Of a stretch of 64,000 nt of DNA, positions 1 to 10,033 are shown piece after piece. A program made the position numbers and the translations under genes. Source of the DNA: Candidatus Bathyarchaeia archaeon (GTDB taxonomy: Archaea > Thermoproteota > Bathyarchaeia > Bathyarchaeales > Bathycorpusculaceae). Below the pieces are notes generated by a model, which saw only the letters and a program-made list of their open reading frames with translations, was not told the DNA's origin and ran no database searches. The stretch is taken from the NCBI GenBank assembly GCA_050010515.1, contig JBEKKX010000005.1:14698-78697 (forward strand), read 5' to 3'. Numbering within the stretch: position 1 is the stretch's first letter; each line of letters begins with the position of its first letter.

Positions 1-368
1 GCAATAACGCTTGAGACGACATTGGCGGCGAATTCGGCAATAAAAAGAGTTAGTGCAAGGAATAACGCGGTTTTTAAGTAGCTTTTAAAGATGTCGCTTT
101 GATTCCAGCCGAGTGAAAGTAGATATTCCAAAACTCCGTTGTTTTTGTCATAGACGTAAAGCAGAATAATAGATGTGGTGAATATAAGAATTCCAAGAGC
201 CATAAACGGAACAGCAATAAGAAAAAGTGCTTCAGGCGCACCTTTAGCAAGAAAGGTAATGGCGTCTGCTATGAAGGTTCCAAAGGAAGCAAAGAAAATC
301 CCCATTCCAGAATATATTTTGCTCAAATTGAGGCTTCGTTTAGCGAAAATCAATGTATTATTTGGCAA
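1..368 (-). CDS. ABC transporter permease (partial, runs off the window start)
   Basis: Manual translation from TTG at 368 gives a hydrophobic protein with 'YVYDKNNGVLEYLLSLGW'. It overlaps the stop of the ABC ATPase. Confidence 0.75.
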   Translation of the reverse strand, partial: MPNNTLIFAKRSLNLSKIYSGMGIFFASFGTFIADAITFLAKGAPEALFLIAVPFMALGILIFTTSIILLYVYDKNNGVLEYLLSLGWNQSDIFKSYLKTALFLALTLFIAEFAANVVSSVI

Positions 369-1251
369 CTTGCTGTGGCTCCTTTTGTGTTTTTTCCACT
401 TTTTCATTTGGTGACTCAAAAAGCTCTTGCAACGGATTATCTAGCTGACGCATTTCAGTTACCAAAACACCACTTTCAACTAACTTTTTCAACGCGAGCC
501 CTGCTTCCTCGGGGCTAGATACGTTCAAAACAAAATAGTCACCCTCTTGATGGGCATCTACAATTCTTGATATGTCTGTTGAGGCTTTAATGCCTACTCG
601 GTACTGTTTGGGTTTAATGTTTGAGATTTTATCAAACAATGTAACTGAACCATTTTTGATTAAAATCAGGTAAGTTCCAATGTCAGTTGCTTCGTAGAGG
701 TTATGGGAAGAGTAAAGAATCATTTTGTCTTTACTTAATTTTAAGATGATATCTCGAATTTCTTTTGAGATTGCTGGGTCTAAATTCGCGGTGGGTTCGT
801 CCAGTAAGTACAACTCGCTTTCGTGAAGAAACACCTTTGCGATTGCAGCTCTCTTTTTTTGTCCCTGTGAGAGGTCAGAAAATCTCTTATTTTTCAGTTG
901 GCCAAGGTCCAGCAGATCAATCACGTCGTCTGGGTCTCCGCCTTCTATGTCAGAGTAAAACTTTAGTGCGTTATACACGGTCATTTCTTCGGGCATTGCG
1001 TTGTACTGCGAGAGATAGCTCATTCTTGTTCTCGTCTTGCTTGATGTGGTTGTGTTTTGGTCGTCGAGAAGGATTTTACCGCTGTATGGCTCTAGTATGC
1101 CGGCGATTGTTCTAAACAAAGTTGTTTTGCCCGCGCCGTTTGGCCCTAAAACAACGTATATTGAGGGCTCTTGCAGTTTAAAGGTGATATTATGCAAGAC
1201 GGCTTGCTTGTTGTAGCCGGAAGTTACATTGTTCAATTCCAAAGCATGCAC
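358..1251 (-). CDS. ABC transporter ATP-binding protein
   Basis: Walker A GPNGAGKT, signature LSQGQ, Walker B LLLDEPT, H-loop SSH. Confidence 0.95.
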   Translation of the reverse strand: MHALELNNVTSGYNKQAVLHNITFKLQEPSIYVVLGPNGAGKTTLFRTIAGILEPYSGKILLDDQNTTTSSKTRTRMSYLSQYNAMPEEMTVYNALKFYSDIEGGDPDDVIDLLDLGQLKNKRFSDLSQGQKKRAAIAKVFLHESELYLLDEPTANLDPAISKEIRDIILKLSKDKMILYSSHNLYEATDIGTYLILIKNGSVTLFDKISNIKPKQYRVGIKASTDISRIVDAHQEGDYFVLNVSSPEEAGLALKKLVESGVLVTEMRQLDNPLQELFESPNEKVEKTQKEPQQVAK

Positions 1252-1528
1252 AGTAATTTACCGCTATTGTCTTTATATTCTAAATACTGAGAAGCATGAA
1301 ACTAATTAGTGTTGTTCAACGTCAAACATTGATATAACGGCAACATTTGCGGTTGAAAAAGTCTCGCCTTATGAACAAATGATTTCAATGTTCTGTGGCA
1401 TGTGCAAACTAAGCGCTAAGCCTTTTTATGCGATAAAGTTAGAGACATTTGTTAATTTTTTAGCGTTTATTGCACCCTATTTTTATAAATAAGCAACAAA
1501 CAAGCTCCATTTGGCAAAAGGAGTAAAG

Positions 1529-1612
1529 CGCGGGATGTGGGATTTGAACCCACGCGGCCTTTCGACCACAGACTTAGCAGGCCTGCCCCCTACCAGGCTA
1601 GGGCAATCCCGC
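1529..1612 (-). tRNA. tRNA-Ser(GCT)
   Basis: Reverse complement folds as a cloverleaf: acceptor GCGGGAT/ATCCCGC, anticodon arm CAGGC-CT GCT AA-GTCTG, long variable arm, T-loop GTTCAAATC. Confidence 0.95.
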
Positions 1613-1968
1613 ACAGGCAACAATTATAATTTTGGAACTGCCAAAGTCTATGTTATATTGTAGAGTGTGGCGCTCGGATATTTTTGCTTTCTGTATCCTG
1701 AAAACTGCAAATCACACCATTTAAAGCATTAACAGGATGACGCTCTCTGATGCTGGGCTCGCTCACCCTGGGGGAGGGGTATACTTTTTAACTGTTAAAA
1801 CACTAAACAAAAAGAGCTGCCCTTCTTTTCAGGAGCCTTTTCTTCAACAGAAACAGTATCAATCAACCTATAACAAAGTCTCTTTTTTACTGTGATTTTG
1901 AAGTTTAAGTGTCAATAACGCTTTTTATTAGCGCCGAACAATCAATCTGCATTAAAGGAGGAAGAGAA

Positions 1969-3882
1969 GTGACTGCGCCTACGCTTAGCGACACAATGAA
2001 ACATACATGCGACAATCTTAGGCAGGGCGCAACCAAACAAGTCACCGATTACGAGCAGCGATTCTCAATCCTGAAAGACGCTTATGATGGTTTGCTTGTG
2101 AACCTGATCAAGTCAGGCTTCAACCCGAAGGAGGCTTTGGAAACGGCTAAAGAGTTCTTCGGTTCTGACAAGGTTCGTTTTGCGGGTATTGACGGCACAA
2201 TGTATTCGAGGCCGCTGTTTGATATGGTTATTTTTTTCGGCGGCGCTTACGCAGCCACGGGCACCATAAAATTCATAGAAACAGCGGAGCCTCAAGTCGA
2301 ATATGACGCTAAAACTATTCAGCAGAACATAGGCATATCCAGCGTTGTTCCAATCTACGTAAACGAAATCACAGATGTTGACCACTCGTTTGCAGCTCAA
2401 GACCAGCCAGGCGAGGTTGACCCGTCAAAGCCAGCTATAGATGAAGAAATAGCCAACAACTCGCTAATAGCTAACGCGATTATGACTTTTTCAGAGTACT
2501 ATTTAGCCTACAAGCTTGCTGTTGACCCAGAACAGAACATTAGGATACTTTTAATGGATAGAAGCTTATCCACGGAACGCGCAAGCCTCCTGTACGAAAC
2601 TAGGAAAACGGATTTTTGGGATGCGAAAAGCACGCTCGTCGGCTATGTTAGCGATGGAAGGCAGTTTGATAGGAACGATTTAGCCATAGCACGCCATCAC
2701 GTTTGGAATAAGGCTTTGGGTTTGCCTGCTCCACGGGCAGATTACCTGCGTCACGCTATAACTTGCCTAGCTAAAGAAAACAAAACTTTAACCCAAATGC
2801 AAATCTGCGAAGCCTTAGGGATAACGGATGATAAACGTAAAAGAAGGGTCGAAAAAGCCTTATCAAGCTTAGTTAAAAAACGCATCCTAACAGAAGTCGA
2901 GGGCATCTACACTTTAAACCAGCAGTACATTGATAATTGGGAACGCACAAAAACTTTAACCATCGAAGTTGGCGACCAACTCTTTTCAACAAAAACCCCC
3001 ACACCAGAAACACCCAGCAGCATGAAAATAATCAAAAACGGCAAAGAGCACTGGCTAACCACCCTGGATATTGCCTTTTTGACGCTTTTCACTTTGCAAA
3101 TGCTCATGGAGGAGTGTTGGAGAAAATGCATCCTTCTCGTAGGCATCACTAAGGACACCTCCGCCAGGGATTTCAAGCGCCAACTTGTTCCAATAATGCA
3201 AAACGAAGGCTTACTGAAAGCATCAGTGGAAAATGAGGCGTTGGCTGCGCTTCCAAACACTGACCGCATGATTCTTCAATCAGCAAGCGTTTTTAACCCA
3301 GAGAAACTGGTGCCGCCTTGGAGCCTGATAGAGTATGATTCAGCTTTTAGAACCATGAAGCCTGATGTGAACAGAGGGCAAGGCTATGTTTCGGGTCTTA
3401 TTAAGAATAAGATTGGTTTAGAGAAGGCTTTTTTGAAGACTTATGTGCAGCTTAGCCAAGCAAAATCTGACCTGCTACTGAGGAGTAACGTGTTATTGAT
3501 TGACCGTTTAGCTTACGCTGAGTTTGACCTAAAGCCTGAGTGCTGTTTGGCTTTGTGCAATGAGATGAGTGATGGCGCAAGGGAACCAATAGAAGTTCTG
3601 TTATACAAGGACAAGTCTGTACCCAACAAGATGCAGAATATGGTTATGAGCATGCTTGTATCCATGGCGCCGTCGAATATCCCAGAGGCTTTTGGTCACA
3701 ACAAAGCGTTGTTTGCGGCTGACAAAATTGCCAAGTGGAATTACAGCCAATTCAAATGCGTTGCAGACTCCACAGCTAACTGGATTTTGAATAACCATAA
3801 ATTGCGAAAGTTCATATTTTACATGAGCACTTTCCGTGAGAGGCGAGCAAGTATTGAACAAGCAAGAAGAGAAAACCGTTAA
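1969..3882 (+). CDS. nurA: NurA-family nuclease with an inserted winged-helix domain
   Basis: NurA-like motifs FAGIDGT, LLMDRSL, LVGITKD and C-terminal GHNKALFAADKIAK. wHTH-like segment LTQMQICEALGI...VEKALSSLVKKRIL. Probable GTG start at 1969 after AAGGAGG. Confidence 0.7.
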   Translation: MTAPTLSDTMKHTCDNLRQGATKQVTDYEQRFSILKDAYDGLLVNLIKSGFNPKEALETAKEFFGSDKVRFAGIDGTMYSRPLFDMVIFFGGAYAATGTIKFIETAEPQVEYDAKTIQQNIGISSVVPIYVNEITDVDHSFAAQDQPGEVDPSKPAIDEEIANNSLIANAIMTFSEYYLAYKLAVDPEQNIRILLMDRSLSTERASLLYETRKTDFWDAKSTLVGYVSDGRQFDRNDLAIARHHVWNKALGLPAPRADYLRHAITCLAKENKTLTQMQICEALGITDDKRKRRVEKALSSLVKKRILTEVEGIYTLNQQYIDNWERTKTLTIEVGDQLFSTKTPTPETPSSMKIIKNGKEHWLTTLDIAFLTLFTLQMLMEECWRKCILLVGITKDTSARDFKRQLVPIMQNEGLLKASVENEALAALPNTDRMILQSASVFNPEKLVPPWSLIEYDSAFRTMKPDVNRGQGYVSGLIKNKIGLEKAFLKTYVQLSQAKSDLLLRSNVLLIDRLAYAEFDLKPECCLALCNEMSDGAREPIEVLLYKDKSVPNKMQNMVMSMLVSMAPSNIPEAFGHNKALFAADKIAKWNYSQFKCVADSTANWILNNHKLRKFIFYMSTFRERRASIEQARRENR

Positions 3883-5734
3883 CAAAGAATGCTTCACAGA
3901 CTTTGAAGACAAATTTCACGCAAGGTTAGCGGCAGTTATGCCCCGTTACGTTGGCGGCGACGGCGGCGACTCAAAAGTTACTGGCACAAGCGCACGCTAC
4001 CAATGCCGAGTCAAAATAGAGTACCAAAAAGACTTGATGGGGCTGCTTGAAGAAGGCATGTTGTTAGCGGTTAAGAATTTTAAGCCTGCAATCAGTGGCG
4101 TCGAGCGGTATACGCTTATGGAGATTAGCCGTGTTTGGCCTGAACACTTTGGTCTTCGCGGATTAAGTGATCATGGTTATTATCCGATGCAGTTTGAAAT
4201 AATCGAGCAGTCGGAAGCAGATTGGCAGACCGATGACAAGTCAACGATGATGATTCAAATTGACGCCATTCCCATCAACTATGACTTAATCGTTAAGGAT
4301 GATTGCACGTTTGAGTTTGTTAAGGGCTTCTCATACCCCATAGTTGGCAGTCCCATTCTTATTTTGAACAGTGAAATGATTAACCGCATGTACAACCAGA
4401 AAATCGCCGCTCAATTGGGTATTGACACAGCAAAATCGGTTGAAGATGCCCGTGTGGACCCAAGGCTTGGCACAATTAAAATGTTCGAAGCAGCCAAAAC
4501 GAAAATCCCCATATACGTTGACTTCGAAAAATTAATTCGATACCACTTCGGAGTTTTCGCCTTCACTGGCGGCGGCAAAAGCAACTTAATGTCCAACGTT
4601 CTAAGGCGAATAATGCTTCATATGAACGAGAAGAAAATCGTGATTTTCGACATCAGCTGCGAGTATGCTTTTCTCTTGCTTGACGTGCTTGCTGACCCAG
4701 CTGTGAAGGCTAAGCTGGTTCTTGAGCACAGAATCGATTCTTTGGACCAATTCTACAACTCAATTGTTAAGCCACGTGAATACGAGAGTGACTTGCGCAC
4801 GAAAGCTGGTTTGCAGACAATTATGGATCAAGACAAGTTGTCTTATTATACGAAGCCTAAGCAGAAAATTCCAACTTATGGCCAGTTTATGGAAGAACTT
4901 GATGATCAACGGAAGGATTCGATTGGCAGACCGCATTACATTAACGCTATTGATGCGATTCATGATGCGGTTCGTCAATGGGTTGAGAAGCAGGGCTTAA
5001 GTGAAAATCAGGAAGTCAGTGAAGACTTCATTGTCCATATTGACGAGGTAGCGCGAAATGCCATGGAAACCTTCAAGGTAAATGACAAAGCTGGACTATA
5101 CGCTTGGGCAACAACCCGAAGCACAATACTGGACCTCTTCAAGAAGCGCCAGCAAAACACCGAGAAAGCAGCGGCTGGATTAACGGTTGAAGGCATAAGA
5201 CAACTGCTCGAAGACAAAGACACCAACCTCGTAGTAATCTCAATCAGCGACCCCTTCACCATCAAAGAACTCGCCATAGCTTTGACCCAAGACTTGCTTG
5301 TACGCAGAAAACGCCGCTTCACAGTAAAACCCTACATTCTACTAGTCTTCGACGAGGCGCAGGAGTTCATCAGCAGCAAAGAAGGTGGGATAGACGGCAA
5401 ATGCTCCGCACATGTAGAAACGCTGCTCCGCCAAGGACGCAAATACGGTTTAGGCGTCTGCATAGCCACTCAACGCATCGCTTACCTAAACACTAACGCG
5501 CTTCAGCAACTGCACACCTACTTCGTCGGCACCCTACCACGACCATACGATAGGGCACTGGTGAGCGAGACATTCATGATAGACAAGGGCATCTTGGAGA
5601 AGACGCTGGAGTTTGCGCCAGGCGAATGGCTCCTATCAAGCTACATTGCAACGGGAATGGAGAACGTGCCCATATTCATTAAAGCAGACAACGCAGAGAA
5701 GGAAATAGAACGCTATCTGAAAGGCAAATCATAG
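3836..5734 (+). CDS. herA: HerA/FtsK-family ATPase (HAS barrel plus helicase domain)
   Basis: HFGVFAFTGGGKS Walker A, LVFDEAQEF Walker B, 'RQGRKYGLGVCIATQR' HerA signature. Overlaps the nurA 3' end; the true start may be TTG at 3854. Confidence 0.9.
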   Translation: MRGEQVLNKQEEKTVNKECFTDFEDKFHARLAAVMPRYVGGDGGDSKVTGTSARYQCRVKIEYQKDLMGLLEEGMLLAVKNFKPAISGVERYTLMEISRVWPEHFGLRGLSDHGYYPMQFEIIEQSEADWQTDDKSTMMIQIDAIPINYDLIVKDDCTFEFVKGFSYPIVGSPILILNSEMINRMYNQKIAAQLGIDTAKSVEDARVDPRLGTIKMFEAAKTKIPIYVDFEKLIRYHFGVFAFTGGGKSNLMSNVLRRIMLHMNEKKIVIFDISCEYAFLLLDVLADPAVKAKLVLEHRIDSLDQFYNSIVKPREYESDLRTKAGLQTIMDQDKLSYYTKPKQKIPTYGQFMEELDDQRKDSIGRPHYINAIDAIHDAVRQWVEKQGLSENQEVSEDFIVHIDEVARNAMETFKVNDKAGLYAWATTRSTILDLFKKRQQNTEKAAAGLTVEGIRQLLEDKDTNLVVISISDPFTIKELAIALTQDLLVRRKRRFTVKPYILLVFDEAQEFISSKEGGIDGKCSAHVETLLRQGRKYGLGVCIATQRIAYLNTNALQQLHTYFVGTLPRPYDRALVSETFMIDKGILEKTLEFAPGEWLLSSYIATGMENVPIFIKADNAEKEIERYLKGKS

Positions 5735-5842
5735 CTTATTTGTCTGCCTTTTGGAGGTAATTTGGCTCAAAAGATTTAACCCAGAGTTACATGAGTAATG
5801 GCAACAATCAAGGGATAGATTTGCAATGATTCGAGGTTTAAG

Positions 5843-7396
5843 ATGAAAAAACGCTTGGCAATTTTTCTGGCATTGGCTATAATTGTTGTTATTGTTGTGT
5901 CAGCATTTGCCGCCATGGAAATTTACGGCTCCTTTTCCGCTCCTGTTGCAAGTAAGAAGCCGTTTTACGTCGGCGTGACTTACTGTGGCGATAATGTCAC
6001 TGAAGCTGAGCAGTTAATTGACAGGGTTAAGACTTACACTAACCTGTTTGTAGTGCAATCCGGGCCCTTGATGGATAACGGTACCGCCTTGGAGCAGATA
6101 TGCGACTACGCCGTTAACTCAGGATTAAACATCATAGTGTATATGGCTAATGGGGTCACCACAATCAATGTGCCTTCTTTCCTCGACAGCGCTCAAGCAA
6201 GCTGGGGCAGCCACTTCTTAGGAATGTACTATGACGATGAACCAGGCGGGAAAATGCTTGACTCCACAGTGAACCTTTACATTAACAATGAGAGGGTAAC
6301 AAAGCAGCAAATGGGTGCGCCCTTGACGGTTAATTACGACAATTCTACCGGTTTCGTGTTGTTCTGGCCTTCAGGACAAATAACGACTTCGATTGGTTCA
6401 ACCACTAACGAGACAGTCAACGGCATCAGCAATGTAACTGTCACCAAGAACGCTTCTATCAATTACTATCCAAACGGCACAATCACCAGTTCACCGGACC
6501 AAACTTCAAACTACCCTAACGGCACGTCTGTATATGTTTACGAAGATCAGATAACTTACCAGCCGAATGGGGAAGTCATCAACGGAACCGAAGTCGTAAT
6601 GACTGGATATCCAAACGGCACTTACGTCACAAATCGAAACCAACCTATAAGCAACCCAGGCAATATTTCCCAGTTTGAACCATATCAGGAACTTTGGGAT
6701 TCAAGGCCACTGCAAACTTACAATGAAGCAGCAAACGCCTTTGTGAGTACAGAGCAGCAAACCCTAAGCTCAATCGGTAACCAATCGGATATTAACCTGT
6801 TCACTTCGGACTATGGGCTCTACTGGTTTGACTACCTAGGAGGCTACAATACTGTGTTCGCCGAGTTATTTGGAACGCAAACTGACGCCCAGACTCTAGC
6901 TTTAGTTAGGGGCGCCGCAGACATGCAAGATAAGAGTTGGGGAGCAATGATAGAATGGGCTAATAGGGCGTCGATTTCCCTGCAAACCGGCGACCAAATG
7001 TACAGTGAAATGAAGCAATCCTATGAGAGTGACGCTGAATACGTTATCGTCTTCAATTACTCACCGAGTGATAATGGCACTGGGCTCTTGCAAGACGAGC
7101 AATTTGGCGCAATCCAGAGGTTCTGGACGGATGTTGTGCAGAATCCCAAGGACACCAACAATGTGACAGCGCAGGATGCATTAGTTTTGCCTAACGATTA
7201 CGGTTGGGGCATGCGAAACCAAAACGACACCATATGGGGCCTATGGCAACCCGACAACAGCTCACAACAAGTTTGGAACGCTCTGCAGGCGTCGCTCTCA
7301 AAATACGGCTCAAAACTGGACATAATCTACGATGACCCAGCCTACCCAACGGCAGGACGGTACCAACATGTTATCTATTGGAACCAAACCATCTAA
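5843..7396 (+). CDS. Secreted or membrane-anchored protein with YPNG repeats
   Basis: N-terminal hydrophobic anchor, N/T/S-rich, several YPNG(T) motifs, 'YYDDEPGG' motif. Function not assignable. Confidence 0.75.
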   Translation: MKKRLAIFLALAIIVVIVVSAFAAMEIYGSFSAPVASKKPFYVGVTYCGDNVTEAEQLIDRVKTYTNLFVVQSGPLMDNGTALEQICDYAVNSGLNIIVYMANGVTTINVPSFLDSAQASWGSHFLGMYYDDEPGGKMLDSTVNLYINNERVTKQQMGAPLTVNYDNSTGFVLFWPSGQITTSIGSTTNETVNGISNVTVTKNASINYYPNGTITSSPDQTSNYPNGTSVYVYEDQITYQPNGEVINGTEVVMTGYPNGTYVTNRNQPISNPGNISQFEPYQELWDSRPLQTYNEAANAFVSTEQQTLSSIGNQSDINLFTSDYGLYWFDYLGGYNTVFAELFGTQTDAQTLALVRGAADMQDKSWGAMIEWANRASISLQTGDQMYSEMKQSYESDAEYVIVFNYSPSDNGTGLLQDEQFGAIQRFWTDVVQNPKDTNNVTAQDALVLPNDYGWGMRNQNDTIWGLWQPDNSSQQVWNALQASLSKYGSKLDIIYDDPAYPTAGRYQHVIYWNQTI

Positions 7397-7560
7397 CGCT
7401 CCCAATATCATAATTTTTTCTTAGGGCTATTTTTCTTGGACCCATTTAGTACAGCTTAGGCTTTTTAAGATCTGTATCTAAAAAGAAAGTAAAGCGAAGA
7501 AGCGAAAGAAAAAAATACTTTAATGTATGCTTTTATCATATTCTATCTGAAGCGTTTTGC

Positions 7561-7992
7561 ATGACCACGAAGTTATCCAAATCTGACGTTTCATTCATCC
7601 AGCAACTACCTGTGTGCCGACTTGCAACAGTAACTGAGGATTGTGAGCCTGTGGTGAGGCCTGTTTGGCCCGTTTTTGACGGCGTATTTATCTATATAGC
7701 GTCTGACCCTGAAACTCCCAAGCTGGAGCACATAGAAGGAAACCCTGAAGTTTCATTGGTCTTTGATGATTATGACAGAAACAACTGGTCTAACGTCAAA
7801 GGCGTCCGTGTTCAGGGAGAAGCAACCGTCCTTTGGAGGGGCAAAGAATACGTTTATGCGCATGATCTTCTCAAAGAAAAGTATCCTGAGTACCAAACTG
7901 AGGAAGGCGGTTGGAAAGAAGGCGACATACCAATAATCAAGATAACGCCAACATCTTTCACGAAATGGACATCTGGCGAATGGACAAAATAA
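7561..7992 (+). CDS. Pyridoxamine 5'-phosphate oxidase-like (FMN/F420-binding split barrel) protein
   Basis: RLAT...P.VRPVW, K...I..NP.VSL and GVRVQG.A motifs. Confidence 0.85.
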   Translation: MTTKLSKSDVSFIQQLPVCRLATVTEDCEPVVRPVWPVFDGVFIYIASDPETPKLEHIEGNPEVSLVFDDYDRNNWSNVKGVRVQGEATVLWRGKEYVYAHDLLKEKYPEYQTEEGGWKEGDIPIIKITPTSFTKWTSGEWTK

Positions 7993-8028
7993 TCACTCGC
8001 TAAAAAAAAATAGTTTCTTTAAAAACAT

Positions 8029-8121
8029 CTCGCAAAATATGGTTCAAAACTGGATATTGTTTATGTTGACGCTGCCTATCAAGCGGCAGAGCGGTATCAG
8101 CAAGTTTACTATTGGAACTGA
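8029..8121 (+). pseudogene. 3' remnant of a paralog of ORF 5843..7396
   Basis: Translates LAKYGSKLDIVYVDAAYQAAERYQQVYYWN*, versus LSKYGSKLDIIYDDPAYPTAGRYQHVIYWN at the end of 5843..7396. Confidence 0.85.
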
Positions 8122-8202
8122 AAAAAATTAAAAAACAAAAACTAGCCATTTACGCTATATAATAATTTAAATAATCAGAAAGCCAAATAGATTTGAGAAA
8201 GA

Positions 8203-8397
8203 ATGACGATTGAAGTTGATTTAAAAGAAATAAAGAATCTTCTTTCAGAAGTAAACAAAAAACTCGATGAACTGCTAGAAGAAAAGGACACCTATGCGCT
8301 TATGAGTCTGGCAGAGAAATCTCTCAAGGATTTTCTTGAAAAAGAACCCGATATTTACTCTGTAAAAGATATCAAAGCAAAGGTTACGTGCAATTGA
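8203..8397 (+). CDS. Putative antitoxin
   Basis: Small acidic protein ending 'AEKSLKDFLEKEPDIYS'. Its stop overlaps the start of a MazF/PemK-like gene. Confidence 0.7.
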   Translation: MTIEVDLKEIKNLLSEVNKKLDELLEEKDTYALMSLAEKSLKDFLEKEPDIYSVKDIKAKVTCN

Positions 8398-8723
8398 AGG
8401 GAAAAAATAGTCCTCATTCCATTTCCGTTTACTGATTTAACAGCTAATAAGTTAAGACCAGTCCTCGTTCTATACGAAGGAGAAAAAGACATCGTAGTAG
8501 CTTTCATATCTTCAAGAACAGAGAAAAACAGACAACTGACATTATTATTGGCGAAAATCATCCAGAATTTAAACAAACCGGACTCAAACTAACATCAGCC
8601 ATAAAACTCGATAAAATAGCAACTATATCCAAAGACTTAATCCTTGGAGAAATAGGTGAAGTAGGCGCAAAACTCAAAAAAGAGATAAACCGTAAATTTT
8701 CAGAAGTATATACGCTTAATTAA
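8394..8723 (+). pseudogene. MazF/PemK-family toxin with two frameshifts
   Basis: KIVLIPFPFTDL...KLRPVLV and TGL..TS.IKLDKIATI motifs lie in different frames. The shifts fall in A-runs near 8402-8407 and 8524-8528. Confidence 0.85.
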
Positions 8724-8742
8724 CAAGAATCGTAAGTTTACT

Positions 8743-8905
8743 TTATTTTTCTCCTTTAACAATGCCTATTCTTCCCACCGTAAACGGCAACTTCAAAACC
8801 CCAGGAATAAACGGAGCATTTCGCGTTTCTACAAACTCCACTTTGGTTATTCCCCAGCTTTCTATGGTTGCAACCAACTCGTCCATGTCACCGTAAATTT
8901 GTTTT
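8743..8905 (-). pseudogene. C-terminal gene remnant (possibly a SAM methyltransferase tail)
   Basis: Open frame QIYGDMDELVATIESWGITKVEFVETRNAPFIPGVLKLPFTVGRIGIVKGEK*; an upstream ATG is out of frame (only an internal Met). The family assignment is from memory and tentative. Confidence 0.4.
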
Positions 8906-8963
8906 CATAAAAAATCTTATATCTAAGTGATTGTTCCTTTCTAACTGGAAGTTGTGATTATTT

Positions 8964-9944
8964 ATGGCTGTTAAAACAACCCCCGATTATATAGACTTAC
9001 TAAACAAAGCAGTTGAACGTGAAATTGGTGTTTCAATCCAGTATATACTTCAACATGGAAAAATGGAAAAGCTCGTGCGCAGAACCATCCCTGAAAACAT
9101 TCTTCTGGACAAAACCACTTATGACGCCGTTGGAAAGTTCCTAAGAGAAATTGCAATCCAAGAGATGAAACATGCCGCAAGCATAATGGAGCGCATTTAC
9201 TATCTTGGTGGACAAGCAACAACTAAATCAGGCAAACCAGGCATTGGCGACAGCATAAGCGAATTTGCTAAACTAGGCGTGAAAGCTGAAGAAGAAGCGT
9301 TAACGCTCTACCGCCAAATCATCGAGACCGCTGGAAAAATGGGCGATTGGGAAACACGTGAACTCTTCGAAAAAATCTACGGCGAAGAAGAAGGACACTT
9401 ATTCAAATTCCAAGAATACACAAAGTTCCAAGACGAAAAAGAAGAACCAAGCAAAGTGCCACTGCCCGAATGGCGCAAAATATACACAGACGATTACTTT
9501 AGACTCTTAAACAAAGCTGTCTCAGCGGAAATCACTGGGATTATCCAGTATACGAATCAGCATGAGAAAGCAGCTTTTCTTGAACTCCGAATGAAGAACA
9601 CACCGCTAGAAACCGTAACTGAAACCAACAAAGCCGACGTAGTAAGCAAGATACTGAAAGGAATCTTCATGCAAGAAATGGATCATCTAGAAAAAATCAG
9701 CGAACGCATTTACCTACTTGAAGGCGAAGCAACGTATAAACCAGATCCGCTTCCAGTTGTCGGCGAAACAACTATGGATTCCCTACGCTTAGATCATGCA
9801 TTGGAAAGTAGCGCAATATCTCTGTACCGGCAAATCATTGCTGAAGCACTCAAACGTGGCGACACAACAACTAGACGCATGTTTGAAGACATAGTAATCC
9901 AAGAAGAAGACCACTTCTGGACATTCGATGACTTCGTAAGATAA
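8964..9944 (+). CDS. Tandem two-domain ferritin/bacterioferritin-like protein
   Basis: Two repeats of E...QY, EMxH...ERIY, E..A..LY and EExH diiron ligand sets. Confidence 0.9.
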   Translation: MAVKTTPDYIDLLNKAVEREIGVSIQYILQHGKMEKLVRRTIPENILLDKTTYDAVGKFLREIAIQEMKHAASIMERIYYLGGQATTKSGKPGIGDSISEFAKLGVKAEEEALTLYRQIIETAGKMGDWETRELFEKIYGEEEGHLFKFQEYTKFQDEKEEPSKVPLPEWRKIYTDDYFRLLNKAVSAEITGIIQYTNQHEKAAFLELRMKNTPLETVTETNKADVVSKILKGIFMQEMDHLEKISERIYLLEGEATYKPDPLPVVGETTMDSLRLDHALESSAISLYRQIIAEALKRGDTTTRRMFEDIVIQEEDHFWTFDDFVR

Positions 9945-10033
9945 AACAAAATCCACTCTTTCCTTTTATTCACAAAAATTTAAGAGAAAAGGTTATCCGA
10001 AAACTTAATTCCGAAGGTTCTCCAAACATAAAT

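Noticed and set aside
1735-1775. GATGA...CTGA as a C/D-box sRNA
   Set aside because: The boxes are only 6 nt apart, with no guide region or second box pair.
8395-8397. TGA read-through (selenocysteine) fusing antitoxin and toxin
   Set aside because: The in-frame continuation still needs a second frameshift and no SECIS was evident; A-run indels explain it more simply.
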